DNA of 64,000 nucleotides from Octopus sinensis (lineage: Eukaryota): assembly GCF_006345805.1 (NCBI RefSeq), contig NC_042998.1, positions 8,556,001 to 8,620,000 on the forward strand. Reading direction: 5' to 3'. This document shows positions 38,916 through 52,900 of the stretch, piece by piece (the stretch's first letter is position 1; every line of letters starts with the position of its first letter). The position numbers and the translations under genes were made by a program. The notes under the pieces were generated by a model, which was given only the letters and a program-made list of their open reading frames with translations, did not search any database and was not told where the DNA came from.

Positions 38916-38920
38916 GATTT
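38515..38920. repeat. (CAT)n compound array
   Basis: Visible tandem units. Confidence 0.95.
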
Positions 38921-39235
38921 TCATCGGTCATTATCATCAACCTCATTAATATGGCTGAATCAAACCAACAGCGGAAGCTGCTATGTGATCATTCGTTAAG
39001 CGATAAAACAAACAAACCTCTCTCTCGAATTATACACTACCGTCTTTAAAAAAGAGATGGAAAATTTTTGAATAACGTAGTCTGAGATATAGCACCTGAA
39101 ATAAAAGTGAAATAGCCACGGTTGGAAAACACATCATCGTTGACCTGTTCATTCAGAGCTCACTTGGCGCTTAGCAATAATAAACATATAATAGAAATAA
39201 AGCTGAAGATTGTAGATTTATAAAGTTGGATACGT

Positions 39236-39577
39236 TTATTCTTTTATTTGTTTCAGTCACGTGACTGCGGCCATGCTGGAGCACTGCCTTTAATCGAGTA
39301 ACTAGACCCCGGGACTTATTCTTTTGTAAGCCCAGTACTTATTCTATCGGTCTGTCTTGCCGAACTGCTAAGTGACAGGGACGTAAATACACCAGCATCG
39401 GTTGTCAAGTGATGTTGGGGGGACAAACACAGACACACAAACATACACACACACACACCTACATATATATATGTATATATATATGCGACGGGTTTCTTTC
39501 AGTTTCCGTCTACCAAATCCGCTCACAAAGCTTTGGTCGGCCCGAGGCTATAGTAGAAGACACTTGCCCAAGGTGCC
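39236..39577 (-). mobile_element. SINE family A lacking tRNA head
   Basis: Similarity ends at gcccaaggtgcc. Confidence 0.85.
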
Positions 39578-40796
39578 GGAGCAACAGCGCCATCTACTAT
39601 ACAGGAGGTATTGAACAGCTTGCTTCATAAGTAGAAAACTGCCGTTCTGCCCTATTAACTTCAGAATATACCAAATGTGACCGCTCGTGTTTTTGATGAA
39701 GTTTTATGCCAATTATATTGGACTAGGGACATTCACATTCCAAATTGTATCAAACAAGGACAGGTCGTGCAGTTAACGATAGTTATTAAGGAAATTTTTA
39801 GGCTTAATACAGAATAATTCTCTTCGATATTTTATTCAGGGTTCTTGGGAAGTTTATGTTTGCCCTTTATAATGTCATTATCGTCGTTTCAGCATTGCCC
39901 AAAAGTTTTATATAGATCAGGATTTAATGAAACGCTTTCAGCTTACAATGTTAGAGCAACTGGAAGCAATCATAAATATTGACCGTCGGTAGATTGCACT
40001 GTCTGAATGAATTTGTCTACAGCTTCGTAGTCAGAGAGTAGATGGTTGAATTTAAAATTATATCTGTTCCTTATTCACGATGAAAAGCCTTCTATCAGGA
40101 CAGTTTTACATCGTATGCCCTAAATAAAATGATTATGAAGTGATTGCAGCAATACAAATGGACGAAAACAAAATAGCGAGCCAGAACTTTAAAGCAAGTC
40201 TATGCCAGGCAGAGTTTGTCGCTGGGCCGAGTAATAGGTACTTGTTTTTGGTCCAAAACTTCAAATGAAAAGGAGCCACAACAGAGAAACGACTTTGGGC
40301 TGCCGATTTCACTAAGATTTCACTCCAGCCCTTGAATTATCGGGTTGGAGTAAGAATGTGACTATGATTCCGGTAGTGTGTAACAGCTTAACCACCTGAT
40401 TACTTGACCGTGGTGCTCAACCCTAAGGAATATCTGACTTAATTGGAACGACTCCTGTTTTGCTTCTTGCTGAAGAGAACATATTCCTTTCATCTGGATT
40501 TGTCTCTGCTCCAATATCCACCCTGGTTTTGGGAATCTGATGACTAATTGTGTACAATTATACACTTAAATAACGATATCTACATAAGTTTTTGATCAGT
40601 AAGCAGGTGATGTCGTTTACTTAACAAACTTCATAGCTCATCACTTTACTTCTTTCCTTGATCAGCTAATGAGAACCATTAATAAACTTACCTTCAAGGT
40701 GTTCTCATGTGCTTACAGCTATTAGCGATGCGTACGGTTGACATCAACTTTTACATTCTGTAGAAGTTATACCGGAGGACATGAACGGCGATATTC

Positions 40797-40895
<99 letters not shown>

Positions 40896-41995
40896 AAGCA
40901 ACAAGACGGGTAAGGGTGATTAGGTGATGGTCTAGGGCTTAGGAGCGGAAGAACCCAGACCTTGGAAAAAAAAGCTTTGGTCGTCTTGTTGTAGTCGAGG
41001 GCTCTTCGTTGACGCCCGACACCACTGGGAGGTGGCCCTCGAAGTCGCTGGAAATGGAAATCTCCAGGTCCAAATTTCTTGGACGGCTAGTTGTGGTGCT
41101 GCGTGAATTGCATGTGGTTAGTGGAGCCGATCACCGAAGAACAAATAGGCAAGAATATAAAAGAGGAACCCGAAAATAATGTTCTAAGTAAAACCAATTG
41201 AATTGTATTGTAATGAAGTAAAACAGGAGCGTCCTGAGGCTGTGGGTTGCTTCGTAGCTCTTCCTACACAGAAAATGCTAACGGGCGTCTGTGAATGCAT
41301 GACGCTTGAAGTATGAGCGATAGCGTGCAGGGATGTTCTAACTCCACCTAACTAGGGGTCCTTCAGTTATATGTGGGCGAGAATTCTAAATGTTTTCCAT
41401 ATTTCCGTTTTTATTTAAATGATGCTTTTCTTTAATTACTGTTTTAATGTAATTTATTTTTTTCTTTATTATTTACTCTATGTGAGAATGTGAACGCTTT
41501 TATAATTTTGTGAGAATGTGTACGCTTTTATAATTTTTTGACATGTCCCCATATTTTCTTGCATAACGTCTGCCGACCACCCTTTCACCACATCTTCCGT
41601 ATAATACTTGTTTGTCCCACCCTCATGTGCTTTTAAGCTTCTGGCTTAATATTCATTGTATTTTATTGTATCTTTGTTTGTGGCAATGAAGAAAAATTTA
41701 TTAGAGCATCAGAAAAAAAGTCATGCGTTATTTTTACTGACACTTAACGTTCTGACTTCAAATTCCGCTGAGTCAAATAAAGTGCCAGACAAATACTGAA
41801 ATTGGTGTTATCGATTTAACCCTTCTCAAAATTTCTGGCCTTGTACCTAAATCAAAAACAATCGTTGTTATTGCTGTTAGAACAATGGTTCTTAGAATTG
41901 GTAAGGCGCTGGACATAATGGCTTGCAGTATTTAGTTACCTCCGTGTTCAAACCTCAACCACCGATTAGATCGATTTTCCTTTTATACATTTGTT

Positions 41996-42406
41996 GCGCT
42001 GTGTGATAGGAAGTTTCCTTGTTGATCACATGGTCCCGGATTCAGTTCCACTACGTGGCACCTTGAGCAAGTGTTTTTTTTTTTTAATATAACCCCAGGG
42101 TGACCTAAGCCTTGTGAATGGATTTGGTCGATGGAAACTGAATGAATACATGTATCTGTTTGTATGTCGGTATCTGTATATTTGTGTATGCGTCTTTGTG
42201 TTTCTATTTGCCTTCCCACCACCGCCAGACAACCGGTGCTTAGTTGTTTACGTCTCCGTAAATTGGCGGTTTGGCAAAAAGTGGCCGATAAGTACCAGGC
42301 TTAGAAAACACGAAGTACTGAGGAAGATTTGTTAGATTAAAACCTTCAAGGCGGTGCTCCAGAATGGCTGCAGTCTAATGACTGAAACAAGTAAAAGATA
42401 AAAGAT
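41996..42406 (+). mobile_element. SINE family A, older copy
   Basis: ggattcagttccactacgtggcaccttgagcaag head and a gactgaaacaagtaaaagataaaaga tail. Confidence 0.8.
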
Positions 42407-42864
42407 ACCAAGAAAAATATTTGTAAATTTCTGTTTATATAAGAGAAATAATATTTCCGACATTTTACGCTCTGCGTTCAAATCGTGCCGATGTATATTT
42501 GATTTTATATCTCAAAGGTCGATAAAATAAAATATCAGTCACGTTCTAAGGTCGACTAATCCCTTCCTTTCAAAGTCGCTAGTCTCGTGTTTGAATTAGA
42601 AACCATTACTATTATTGTTAGCTGGCAGAATCGTTAACACGCCGGACAAAATGCTTAGCGGCATTTCGTCCGTCTTTACGTTCTGAGTTCAAATACCACA
42701 GCGGTCGACTTTGCCTTTCATCCTTTCGGGATCGATAAAGTACCAGTCGAGTTCTGGGGTCGATGTAATCGACAAGTCCCCTTCCCCAAAATTTCAGGCC
42801 TTATACCTTAAGCGGAAAGGATTATTATTATCACAATTATTATTATTATTTCTATTATTATTAC

Positions 42865-42897
<33 letters not shown>

Positions 42898-42927
42898 CAT
42901 CATCATCATCATCAGCAGCAGCAGCAG

Positions 42928-43024
<97 letters not shown>

Positions 43025-43028
43025 TGTT

Positions 43029-43068
<40 letters not shown>

Positions 43069-43578
43069 GATCATCATCATCATCTTTACCCTCATCATCA
43101 TTATCATCATCTCTCTTGCTATCACTTATGTTATTTTAATTTTAGCTGTTTATACCATCACCAACGCTATCGACATTGTTGTCAACGCAGCAGTCATCTT
43201 TAGAGATGGAGAATAGTATAAGAAAATAGGAATGAAAAAAAGTAAGACAAACTGACAGGCGGCGTGAGACAGTTATTAAGAGGGGCGTGTCACGAATCTG
43301 GATCACGGTTGGCAGACGTCTGGTGGTGGTGTTGAGTTGACGATGCCAAACTGGGAGTGCTTTAGTTTAATAGAATGAAATAAAAAAAAAAAAGAGAAAG
43401 CGGGCGAAGGGTAAGATAGAGATAAAGAAGGAAGAGAGGGGAATGAGAAAGACAAACAGCAAAAAGGAGAGAGGGAGATTGAAATAAAGAGGGGTGTAGT
43501 AATAGAGGAGATGATATATGTAGTGAAGAAAGCATCCGAGGCAGAGTAGATCAGTATCTAGTTTTAGGTGGAGGCACT

Positions 43579-43770
43579 TCAGTCGTTTCGGCGACTCTTG
43601 GAGGTGTAGAGAGAATTTACTTGCTCCTCGCTTATCTGTTTCTGCATCGTCCACTTGCAGACAACAATATAAGACGGAACCCACCAACCCTTTCTCTTCC
43701 GAGTTGGACAGATCGAGAGAAGGAATCTGGTTATATATAAATTTATAAGCACCAACGAAAAAGTATCAAT
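43579..43770 (+). promoter_or_regulatory. Candidate core promoter (Inr-like TCAGTC 43579-43584; TATAAA 43736-43741 about 32 nt before TCAAT at 43766)
   Basis: Motif matches in unique sequence just upstream of the candidate ATG at 43844. Confidence 0.3.
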
Positions 43771-43843
43771 TCTGTACATTTTTTTTTCTTCTTTTGAGCA
43801 TTATCGTTTATATTTCGGAGGAGTTTAGTATTATTACTTCACA

Positions 43844-43931
43844 ATGAACTTAAAGAATTTTAGCATATTTCATCTGCTTTTTGCAGTTGTAGCTTTAACT
43901 CTGGCACCAACCTTGGCGTTGTTTAATTCTG
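43844..43931 (+). CDS. Candidate first coding exon encoding a signal peptide (MNLKNFSIFHLLFAVVALTLAPTLA-LFNS)
   Basis: ACAATGA start context and n/h/c-region layout ending in T-L-A. It is followed by a consensus phase-1 donor G|GTGAGT at 43932. Confidence 0.5.
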
Positions 43932-44112
43932 GTGAGTTGTTTCATATTTTTATTTTATTTTTTCTCCCAATTTTGCTTTTTCATTCATTTTATATGTTTG
44001 TATTATATTACACGTGTACATCAAAGTATCAGATTGCTTATATGTATAAACAACTGTGCCCCAACTGTTGCATTTATTCGACGCTTGTATGTTCCTTAAA
44101 TGTGTGCAGGCA

Positions 44113-44521
44113 TACTCTTTGACTCTTTTACTCTCTTTTACTTGTTTCAGTCATTTGACTGCGGCCATGATGGAGCACCGCCTTTAGTCGAGAAAATCGA
44201 CTCCGGGACTTATTCTTTGTAAGCCCAGTACTTATTCTATCGGTCTCTTTTGCCGAACCGCTAAGTGACGGGGACGTAAACACACCAGCATCGGTTGTCA
44301 AGCAATGCTAGGGGGACAAACACAGACACACAAGCACACACGCACACATATATACATATATACGACAGGCTTCTTTCAGTTTCCGTCTACCAAATCCGCT
44401 CACAAGGCTTTGGTCGGCCCGAGGCTATAGTAGAAGACACTTGCTCAAGGTGCCACGCAGTGGGACTGAACCCGGAACCATGTGGTTGGTAAACAAACTA
44501 CTTACCACACAGCCACTCCTG
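44113..44521 (-). mobile_element. SINE family A
   Basis: Collinear with 12138-12561. Confidence 0.9.
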
Positions 44522-44894
44522 TATATGTATAATGAATACATATTTTCTTCTATTTAATATTGTTGTTATTACCGTTGTTGTTCGTGTTGTTGTGACTGGC
44601 AGCGGCGGTGGTTGTAGTGGTGGTGGTAGTGGTGATGGTGATGGTAAACCGCAAGTTAGTCTTAGTTTTGATGAAGCATACCTGTCATCAAAAGTAATCT
44701 AGCCATGACCGTCCCGTCTTTTCTTTCCAGAAATTAGTGTAACTAAGATCATTTTCATCTAAGGTCCACTTCCTTACTTTTAAAAGCATAGGATCTGATT
44801 CGAAAGATCTCACCACTTTTTTCTAACAAGTTAACACGGCTGCGTAGACTTCATTCACTTTAATTTCAGATTGTATGTATACAGGCAGGCAAGC

Positions 44895-44934
<40 letters not shown>

Positions 44935-45003
44935 GGACGGACAGACGGACGGACGGACGGACGGACGGACGGATGGATGGATGGATAGAAAGATAGATGG
45001 ATG

Positions 45004-45053
<50 letters not shown>

Positions 45054-45137
45054 CAGACAGATGGATTGATGGATGGATGGGTATGAATGCATGTGTGCGA
45101 GCGTATGTGTATGTCCACTTTCTATATACACACATAT

Positions 45138-45198
<61 letters not shown>

Positions 45199-45222
45199 CA
45201 TACATGCATGTATGTATGTATG

Positions 45223-45264
<42 letters not shown>

Positions 45265-45289
45265 CACACACACACACATATATATATAT

Positions 45290-45338
<49 letters not shown>

Positions 45339-45348
45339 TATATATATG

Positions 45349-45555
45349 TATTCTGTTGTCTCTGGGGAGAATCATTCTCTTTTGGTGCCTCATAATTTAA
45401 CACACTCACAGGTAAAATTTCCACTTATTTCTTTTTTTTTTAAATAAAAAAAAAACTTTTAATTAAAAAAAATAAATAGGTGGAAATTTTACCGGTAAGT
45501 GTGTTAAATTATAAGGCCCCAAAAGAAAACGACTCTCCCCAGACAGAACAGAATA
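45349..45555. mobile_element. MITE-like fold-back element, ~82-bp arms
   Basis: 45349-45430 matches the reverse complement of 45474-45555 at roughly 85-90% identity, with an A/T-run spacer. Confidence 0.85.
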
Positions 45556-45812
45556 TGCTTCGTGTGTGTGTGTATATCAATATATATATATATATATATA
45601 TATATCAATATATATATGTAGATATATATATTAATATGTATATATGCCTGTATATATATGTATGTATGTATATATGTATGCATGCATGTATATATATATA
45701 TATATACACAATATATATTAACATACTTAATATATATGTGCTAATATGATTCATGCATCTTGAAACATTATTAAATTCACATAACTATGAAATGTGTACG
45801 AGTGTGTGTGTA

Positions 45813-45843
<31 letters not shown>

Positions 45844-46460
45844 GTGTGTGTGTGTGTGTGTGAGTGTGTGTCTGTGTGTGTGTGTTTACATTAGGAAATG
45901 AAAACGTTTTTGCAACATTTAATGAGTCGTTAAATCACCAGCGAACGAAAGTCTTACCCCTTCATGTAATGTCGTCAGACATATTGAAATTGACAGTTCT
46001 GTGCCTCTCTAAGCTATTGTCTACGGCCGGATATTGCGCGTACTGCGAGTAAGTGGGAAATAATGCGGCATAGAATCAAAAATATGTCGGCAGACTCGCT
46101 CTTCCAGAACTGCCAACATTCCATTTGTTCATATTTTCGTACATATATAAGCTTCATATGTTGTGAACGCTCGTGTGTGTGTTTTCTATGAGGTTAGTGT
46201 GTACGCTTGTAAATGTGTAATGTATGTGAGCGGATGTGTTTGCGTGCACGCGCGCGCATACGTTTCTGTATTTACTTACAGATTTATGGTTTGTATAAAA
46301 CTAAGTATCTACACATGTAGCTGTATATCTAAATCAGATTAGACCCTTTCCTGCCTTTCTCTACTTTCGAAATTAACTAAGATTATAACAATAATAATAA
46401 CTATTGTTATAATTGTTGTTGTTGTTGTTGCTATCATTATTATTTTTAATTTTTTAAATA

Positions 46461-46496
<36 letters not shown>

Positions 46497-46615
46497 TAGT
46501 TTTATTTTTATAGCGTGCTTTCACTTCACTACCGAGCGCAGCTCTATGTGCCTTGGGTATGTGCTGTGATTTGTTGTGATGCTCTGATGGTTATTGTTAT
46601 TGTTATTATTATTAT

Positions 46616-46664
<49 letters not shown>

Positions 46665-46708
46665 GGTGGTGGTGTGGTGGTGGTGGTGGTGGTGGTGGTG
46701 GTGTGGTG

Positions 46709-46753
<45 letters not shown>

Positions 46754-49558
46754 TAGTAGTAGTATTGAGTGAAAGAGCAGAGCATGCCATCAAAGTGACA
46801 CTAGGGTAAAATATATTCAAAGCCCAGTATACCCATCATAACTACCCGTCTGATAAGGGTACACCAGGCACATGCATCACAACAATATGTGCGCGACATG
46901 GTGATCTCATATTAAGACAAACAGCACATGACCTTGCAGGTGGGGCCGAGTTAGAATTTTCTTCTGGTCGAGTAACCCATCCTGCTCAAAAGGTCTCTGA
47001 ATAAGGTTGGTTTAAGCATGATGAACGAAACACCCATGTTTCCAAGGGTAAATTATCCAAACCTTAAAAATTCCTCTCAACATACGGCTATGATGCTCCC
47101 CCACTACTTCTATTCATGGTCAGAGATGCACATATTGTCAGCCACTAAGAGACAAACTCAACTGGTTATGGTCAAGCAACTGATAAGCAAACCTGTGGTA
47201 TTGAGCAGAATATTTGCTGTAGCCCATCTTTTATACCAAAACAAAACCTGTACATATAGGATCGTATAGAACCACAAAGCATTTTGTCCCTCGCTCTAAT
47301 GACTCTATCATATCACCTTCCTGATAAGGGTTTCTCATTTAGGAAAGTGGCCAGCAGTTGTGTAGTAAGGGAGTAAGTCGATTCCATCTACCCAGTACTT
47401 GACTGGTACTTTATTTTATCAACTTCGAGAACGAAAGGCAAAACTGGAACAAATGCTGCAATGTGTTTTTTCAGAAGTTCTAACGATTTTGCCAGCTTGC
47501 CACCGTTATAATTTCTAATTTAGTTGCAAAGCCAGCAATGTTTTTGGTGGTAAGGGTTTAGTCGATTAGGTTGACCCCAGTTTAAGATTGGTACTTAATT
47601 TTATCGACTCCTAAAGGATGAATGGCAAAGCTACTTATCAGACTCCCTAATGGTAAGTCATGTAGTTTTGTAATGGCGGATGATCGTTTACAGTGAAACC
47701 AATAGTTGATTGATGTACTTATATGCAATTTGCCGGCATTAACGATTCTGCCAACTTTTCTGTCAGGAGACATACGATCATGTTTATACTTTCAGAGATG
47801 ATTTTTACTAATTATTTCATCATTTAACTCGGCATTCATTTGATGTTATTGAATTTGTATCAAAAACGAGCCAACGAAAGTAACTTTATGCGATTTATCA
47901 GCCAAATCTACCTCAAATTACATCTTACTGTCTTTTAAAAATATGAGGGTTAAGGTCAAACAACTGACAAGCAAATCTGTGGTATTGAGCAGAATATTTG
48001 CTGTAGCCCATCTTTTATACCAAGACAAAACAATGTACATGATATCACTTCCAATCAATTAAGATCAGAAGCCATGAGAGCCACTGCCTGGTACTGCATC
48101 AGGGCAGCTAAGAAAGTGTGTAAAATCAAACACCTAATTTTTTGCTTCTGAATCCCTAATACATCAATTAGGTCTGAAATAAATGTGGTATAGTCATGAC
48201 TTGAATGTCACTGATTATACGCTGGATCAGAGCAAACCAAGATCTGAACCAAAATTAATAATTTGCATCACCTTTGCTTTGAGCATCACAAATCTTCCTT
48301 TAACAATTCGTAGTATTTCTCAAAGACAGAGTAGAAAAGTTACCGTCTTCTCAAGTCATGAGCTGTATCGTTGTTGATGTTGTTGGTGTTACTGCTGATG
48401 TAGCCCGTGATCGATGCTGATCCAGTACACCTGAAACCAGAATTATTCCGGTCACGAGCATCTCTTCATTTGTACTTTCTGATTTGAGAAGTATTTGGCT
48501 GCAACCGAGTAGAACAGAGGTCCTGAAACGGCGATCAGCGACAGATTGTAGCGCCGCAACTTTTTACGGGTATAAGTTGAGGCTTTACTATTTAAAAGTA
48601 TGTGTTAAGACTTCGGGGTAGACGTATTTTACATCCATTTTTATTATACACAAATACGATTAAATAAACAAGTAACAGCTTTAATTTTCTACATGAAGTA
48701 CACCGAGAGAACTGTATTTGATCTCCACAAAATCAAAATTGCTGTGAACCACAAGCGTAGAACTTGGTGAGTCATGAGCCATAATTGTATTTTTTGACAC
48801 TGCACGTCTTGGTCTTTTTTGTTTGTTTTTCTTAGATATAAGCAACGTTGCTTAAATTTCCGACGAAAAGAACTTTTAGAAATATGAGATTTCATAACTC
48901 TAACCATTTACATTCTTAAATTTCTTTGAAAGCATCAGAAGTTCCCCATTGTCTCCGTTCCTTCTTTAACAAAACTGAAATCACTTACTTAATTACCAAT
49001 AGCTACTTAGTTAACAAGTGGAAAGTTTTAAGATAATTCATACTTACAGCTCCAGTTTACTCTAATGATTATGATTTCTAAGCCCATGTCGAAAAGCTTA
49101 ACGCTCTAATAAACACATGTATGGCACTTATATATTTTAAAAAATTCTAGAAGCTACGACCGATTTAGTTTCAAAACGTCTTATGTGATGTCTGCTGCGT
49201 TTCCTTCAAGAAGATAATATCGGAAGTTGAATGACCTGCTAGTATGCTTAAAAAGTGTTATAAAAGACAATAAAAATATGACGACTCATAAAAGCGTTGT
49301 AAAACGAAGTCATATATTTTTTAATGTCTGAGCAAGGATCTATATATTACTCAAAAAGATTACTATCTACTGTCGTTTGGTAGTTTTCTAATTAATTATT
49401 ACCAGGTCGTTTCCCATATAACCAATGATGGGAACGAACTAAAAATATTTTTGTAATTAGTTCATTTCAGGCATTTATTTATTTATTCATTTATCTATTT
49501 ATTTTGTATCACAAATTGTGAGAAACATGTTAGTCGTTGTTTACAGGTCTATAATATA

Positions 49559-49946
49559 CTAGCAGTATCGCCCGGCGTTGCTCGGGTTTGTTTCCACCCT
49601 TTAGAATTGGAATTTTTGAAAAGTAAAAATTTTGCATTATATAGCTTGTTACTCTTTAAGTGAACATTTTTCTGGTTGAAATACACCGAAAAATGGCGAC
49701 ACAGCAGTCAAAAAATCGTAAATAATAGGGATTTTCATAGAAAAAAAAGCAACTTTTTGATGTAAATAATTTTTGATGTTAACATGGTCCGATTTGAATT
49801 TTTATTCTACGGAATGAAGAGCAAGCCTTCTTCTATCATACTCTCAATTTCGGTCAACTTGTGCCGCAGGGTCTCGGAGGAGATAGTGTTAGTTGAAGGC
49901 TACCAAACCTGCCATACACACAACTTCAGCTTTATATTGAGAGAGA
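49559..49946 (-). mobile_element. Non-autonomous Helitron (third body type, shared 3' terminus)
   Basis: A|TCTCTCTCAATATAAAG...aaacccgagcaacgccgggcgatactgCTAG|T on the minus strand. Confidence 0.8.
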
Positions 49947-52900
49947 TATTCATAATGTAAGGCGGTGATGGCAGAATCGTTAGCACGTCAGGCAAACTGT
50001 TTTGCGGTTTTCGTCCGTCTTTACGTACTGAGTTCAACATTGCCTTTAATTCTTTCGGGGTCGATAAAATAAGTACCAGTTAGGTACTGGAGTCAATGCA
50101 AGCGACTCACACCTGTCCAAGAATTGCTGGCCTTTTGCCAAAATTTGAAACCTATATATTTACAATCTGTCATTAAAGATAATGACAGACGGCATTTACC
50201 CGATGTATTGGCGCATTGGAATCGAAATGGCAACTATGAGATTGTGCAGCAAACTTCTTAACCACGTATCTGAGCCCGTTTATAGTATTTCACTTAACAA
50301 ACGCTTTCATTTTTTCAATATGAAATTATTTCTTTCTTTAATTCATCGATTTACAATATGAATATAATTTTATTTATTTTCTTGATACATTGCAGTTTAG
50401 CTCTTCATAAAATTATCTCTGGTTAGAGCTGTTGTTACTTAACTATTCTCAATACGTGAATCTCTTACAGTTCTTTTCTCTTTCTACTAACTGGATGAAT
50501 AAAATACATTTTGCCATCTTCCCATACCGTAGCAGCTGACGTTGAGGGCTGAATTGTTTGACACCGTGAACTGTCTGCACCAGTTAATTTCCGATATTTT
50601 CTGAAATCCCAGATCACTACAGTAATTCACTCGTTCAACACTCATTTCTTACTTTCAGATTAATCTTTTACTCGGTGATCATAGTCCTTTTATCTTCAGA
50701 GAATCGCTAGATCAAAGCAAGCCACTGTGGAATAATATCCAACTCTTTGATACATCAAGTCAGCTAAATGATTACAGCTCCTCCGAATCTATTAGTCACT
50801 GCTTCAGACAGCTAAAAAGTGTGTAAAACCAAACACCTAATTTTTTGCTTCTGAATCCCTAATACATCAATTCCTTAGGAGTTAACGAGAGGGTGTCTGG
50901 GAAACTTTCCTTCAAATCACAACCTACCGTCTTTAAAGAAAGAACGTATAAGATGGTATAATGTTGTACACATTGTCTGAATGAATGCTGGTCAGTATTG
51001 ACCTATAGTTAAACGGTTCCCAAACAGCCAATCATACAGTTAATATCATCTACAATACCCGGAGGAGATTCCCTCTTATTCCATCAACAAATATGGAGTT
51101 CTTTTACAATCGAAAATCCGGAAATCAGACCAATAGAATAAGCGGTAGTTGCATGCATCGCACTTTCTTGTCTCAGACTGTATTCAACATTCTTGTTCCT
51201 AAACTTTGTTAACAAAGAATTCTCAACTGAGATGTCTTGGCCAGCCATTAAAATCGCTGCATTAAGAATCGACCTGATCGAAATGGTAGGCATATCTTCC
51301 TTGAATCAATCACTGCTATCTAAGTAAATGGTACATAGCCCAATATACAGTCTGAGATAGATATACAAAAACCGAGATGGTTATAGAATCACATTAAAAC
51401 ATTCATTAACCCCTTTGCTCCAATTTCCATTACACACACACACACACACATTAGATACAAAACAACACCTGTAGTACACATACAGCCATCATTAAAACCT
51501 CTGCCTAATCTATGTTCTCGAAGTCCAATCTTCAATCACCATATGTAAAAGCAGTCAAGGGCAAAACCTTGTAAGAACTTTAGCTCTATTAAAACGCATG
51601 ATTGAGACTCATTCTCAAAAATGTAATCTATCTGAATCTAAACTAATCCCGGCTTATTACACTTACTATTACATTTCCAACACCACAAACAACCACCATT
51701 GTTATCAATTGTTTTTCATTCTCCGTGTCCATAAGTGTAAGACTAACTCTAGTGGAAACAAGATTTCCTGTGTGACAGCAGTCTCTCGTACATGTAATTA
51801 AACCAACACTGGTGTTTTGTTAATATCAATACCTTCACCATGTGTGATAGAAAAACATCCTAGCAAATTTGTCTACCTCTAGCCCACACCCACTTCTCGT
51901 CCATTTCCTGTTTGACTAATTCGTCGTAACATGGGTCAATATGGTTTGTCTCTCAACTACAATGAAACTAACTCAGTCGTTCTGTTTGAGCTCCAGCTCG
52001 TTTGTTTATTATCTACAATGAAGAGATATTCACTATGATGTCTGGCCATACAAATATGGTTATCTTCACTTCTTGATAACCTTTCTTACAAATGCTCGTT
52101 ACAAGATCTGATGACCTTTCAAAACAGCACATTTATACGTTAGCAAAAAACACACTCCAAAGATTACACTTCCTCTTCAGATCCAAATTAAGCTTTTATT
52201 TTGGTCAGTTGATAACTTTTTACAAGAGACCATAGAATGCGATACGTCCAATTATCTCTTTCCAATTATGTATGTGGAAAAGTTCAATTTAAATAACATT
52301 TTGTAGAAAGGGATGGGAGAATACTTAGCAACCACAACTTACTCGCATGCTACAATCACGGACACATTTCTGTATCCTACATCTCTAATTTTCTTACTCT
52401 GCATCCCTATCTCCATTTTTCTTACATCTGTCTGCAGAAATTTACAAAGTATATCTACTGCACAGACCTCAAGAGTCTGGGAAGACCTGCAAATGCTATA
52501 AGCACAGCCACTTTTTTTTCTCAAGCTAAACAATATTTAAAACGTTATATTATCATAGCAGCACCATTTTCTTCAAAATCTTGAAGCAATTACCATTCTC
52601 GCGAGGAGAAGAAAATTCTAAAAGTATATTCTTTTTATTTCTTTTCCTTGTGTTACAACGATGCTAATTGATATATGTTTTCATATAGAAATAAGGCAAT
52701 ATTTTTCTAGTGTATAAGCGTATACAATCTATTCATAAAGTCATAGAGACGAATATAGATCATGGTTATTTGAATGAAGTCGAATTTTAAGAAAGTGAAG
52801 AAACATTTGGCGAATAGTAATGATAGAATTTTGACGAATTTTAATCTTTTTCCCACCATCTCTATTTATATATCCTTGTAATTTTGCTCCTGGTGTTTGC

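Noticed and set aside
37568-38999. Poly-N, poly-D, poly-H, poly-M ORFs
   Set aside because: Trinucleotide arrays are open in several frames on both strands and have no supporting splice or start context.
40340-40570. Possible BEL/Pao RNase H remnant (ARSKTGVVPIKS-DIPRVE)
   Set aside because: Only one short, frameshift-dependent motif with no flanking support.
40920-41370. GC-richer segment next to (CTG/TTG)n, possibly a LINE ORF1 remnant
   Set aside because: No diagnostic motif could be read from the sequence; left unassigned.
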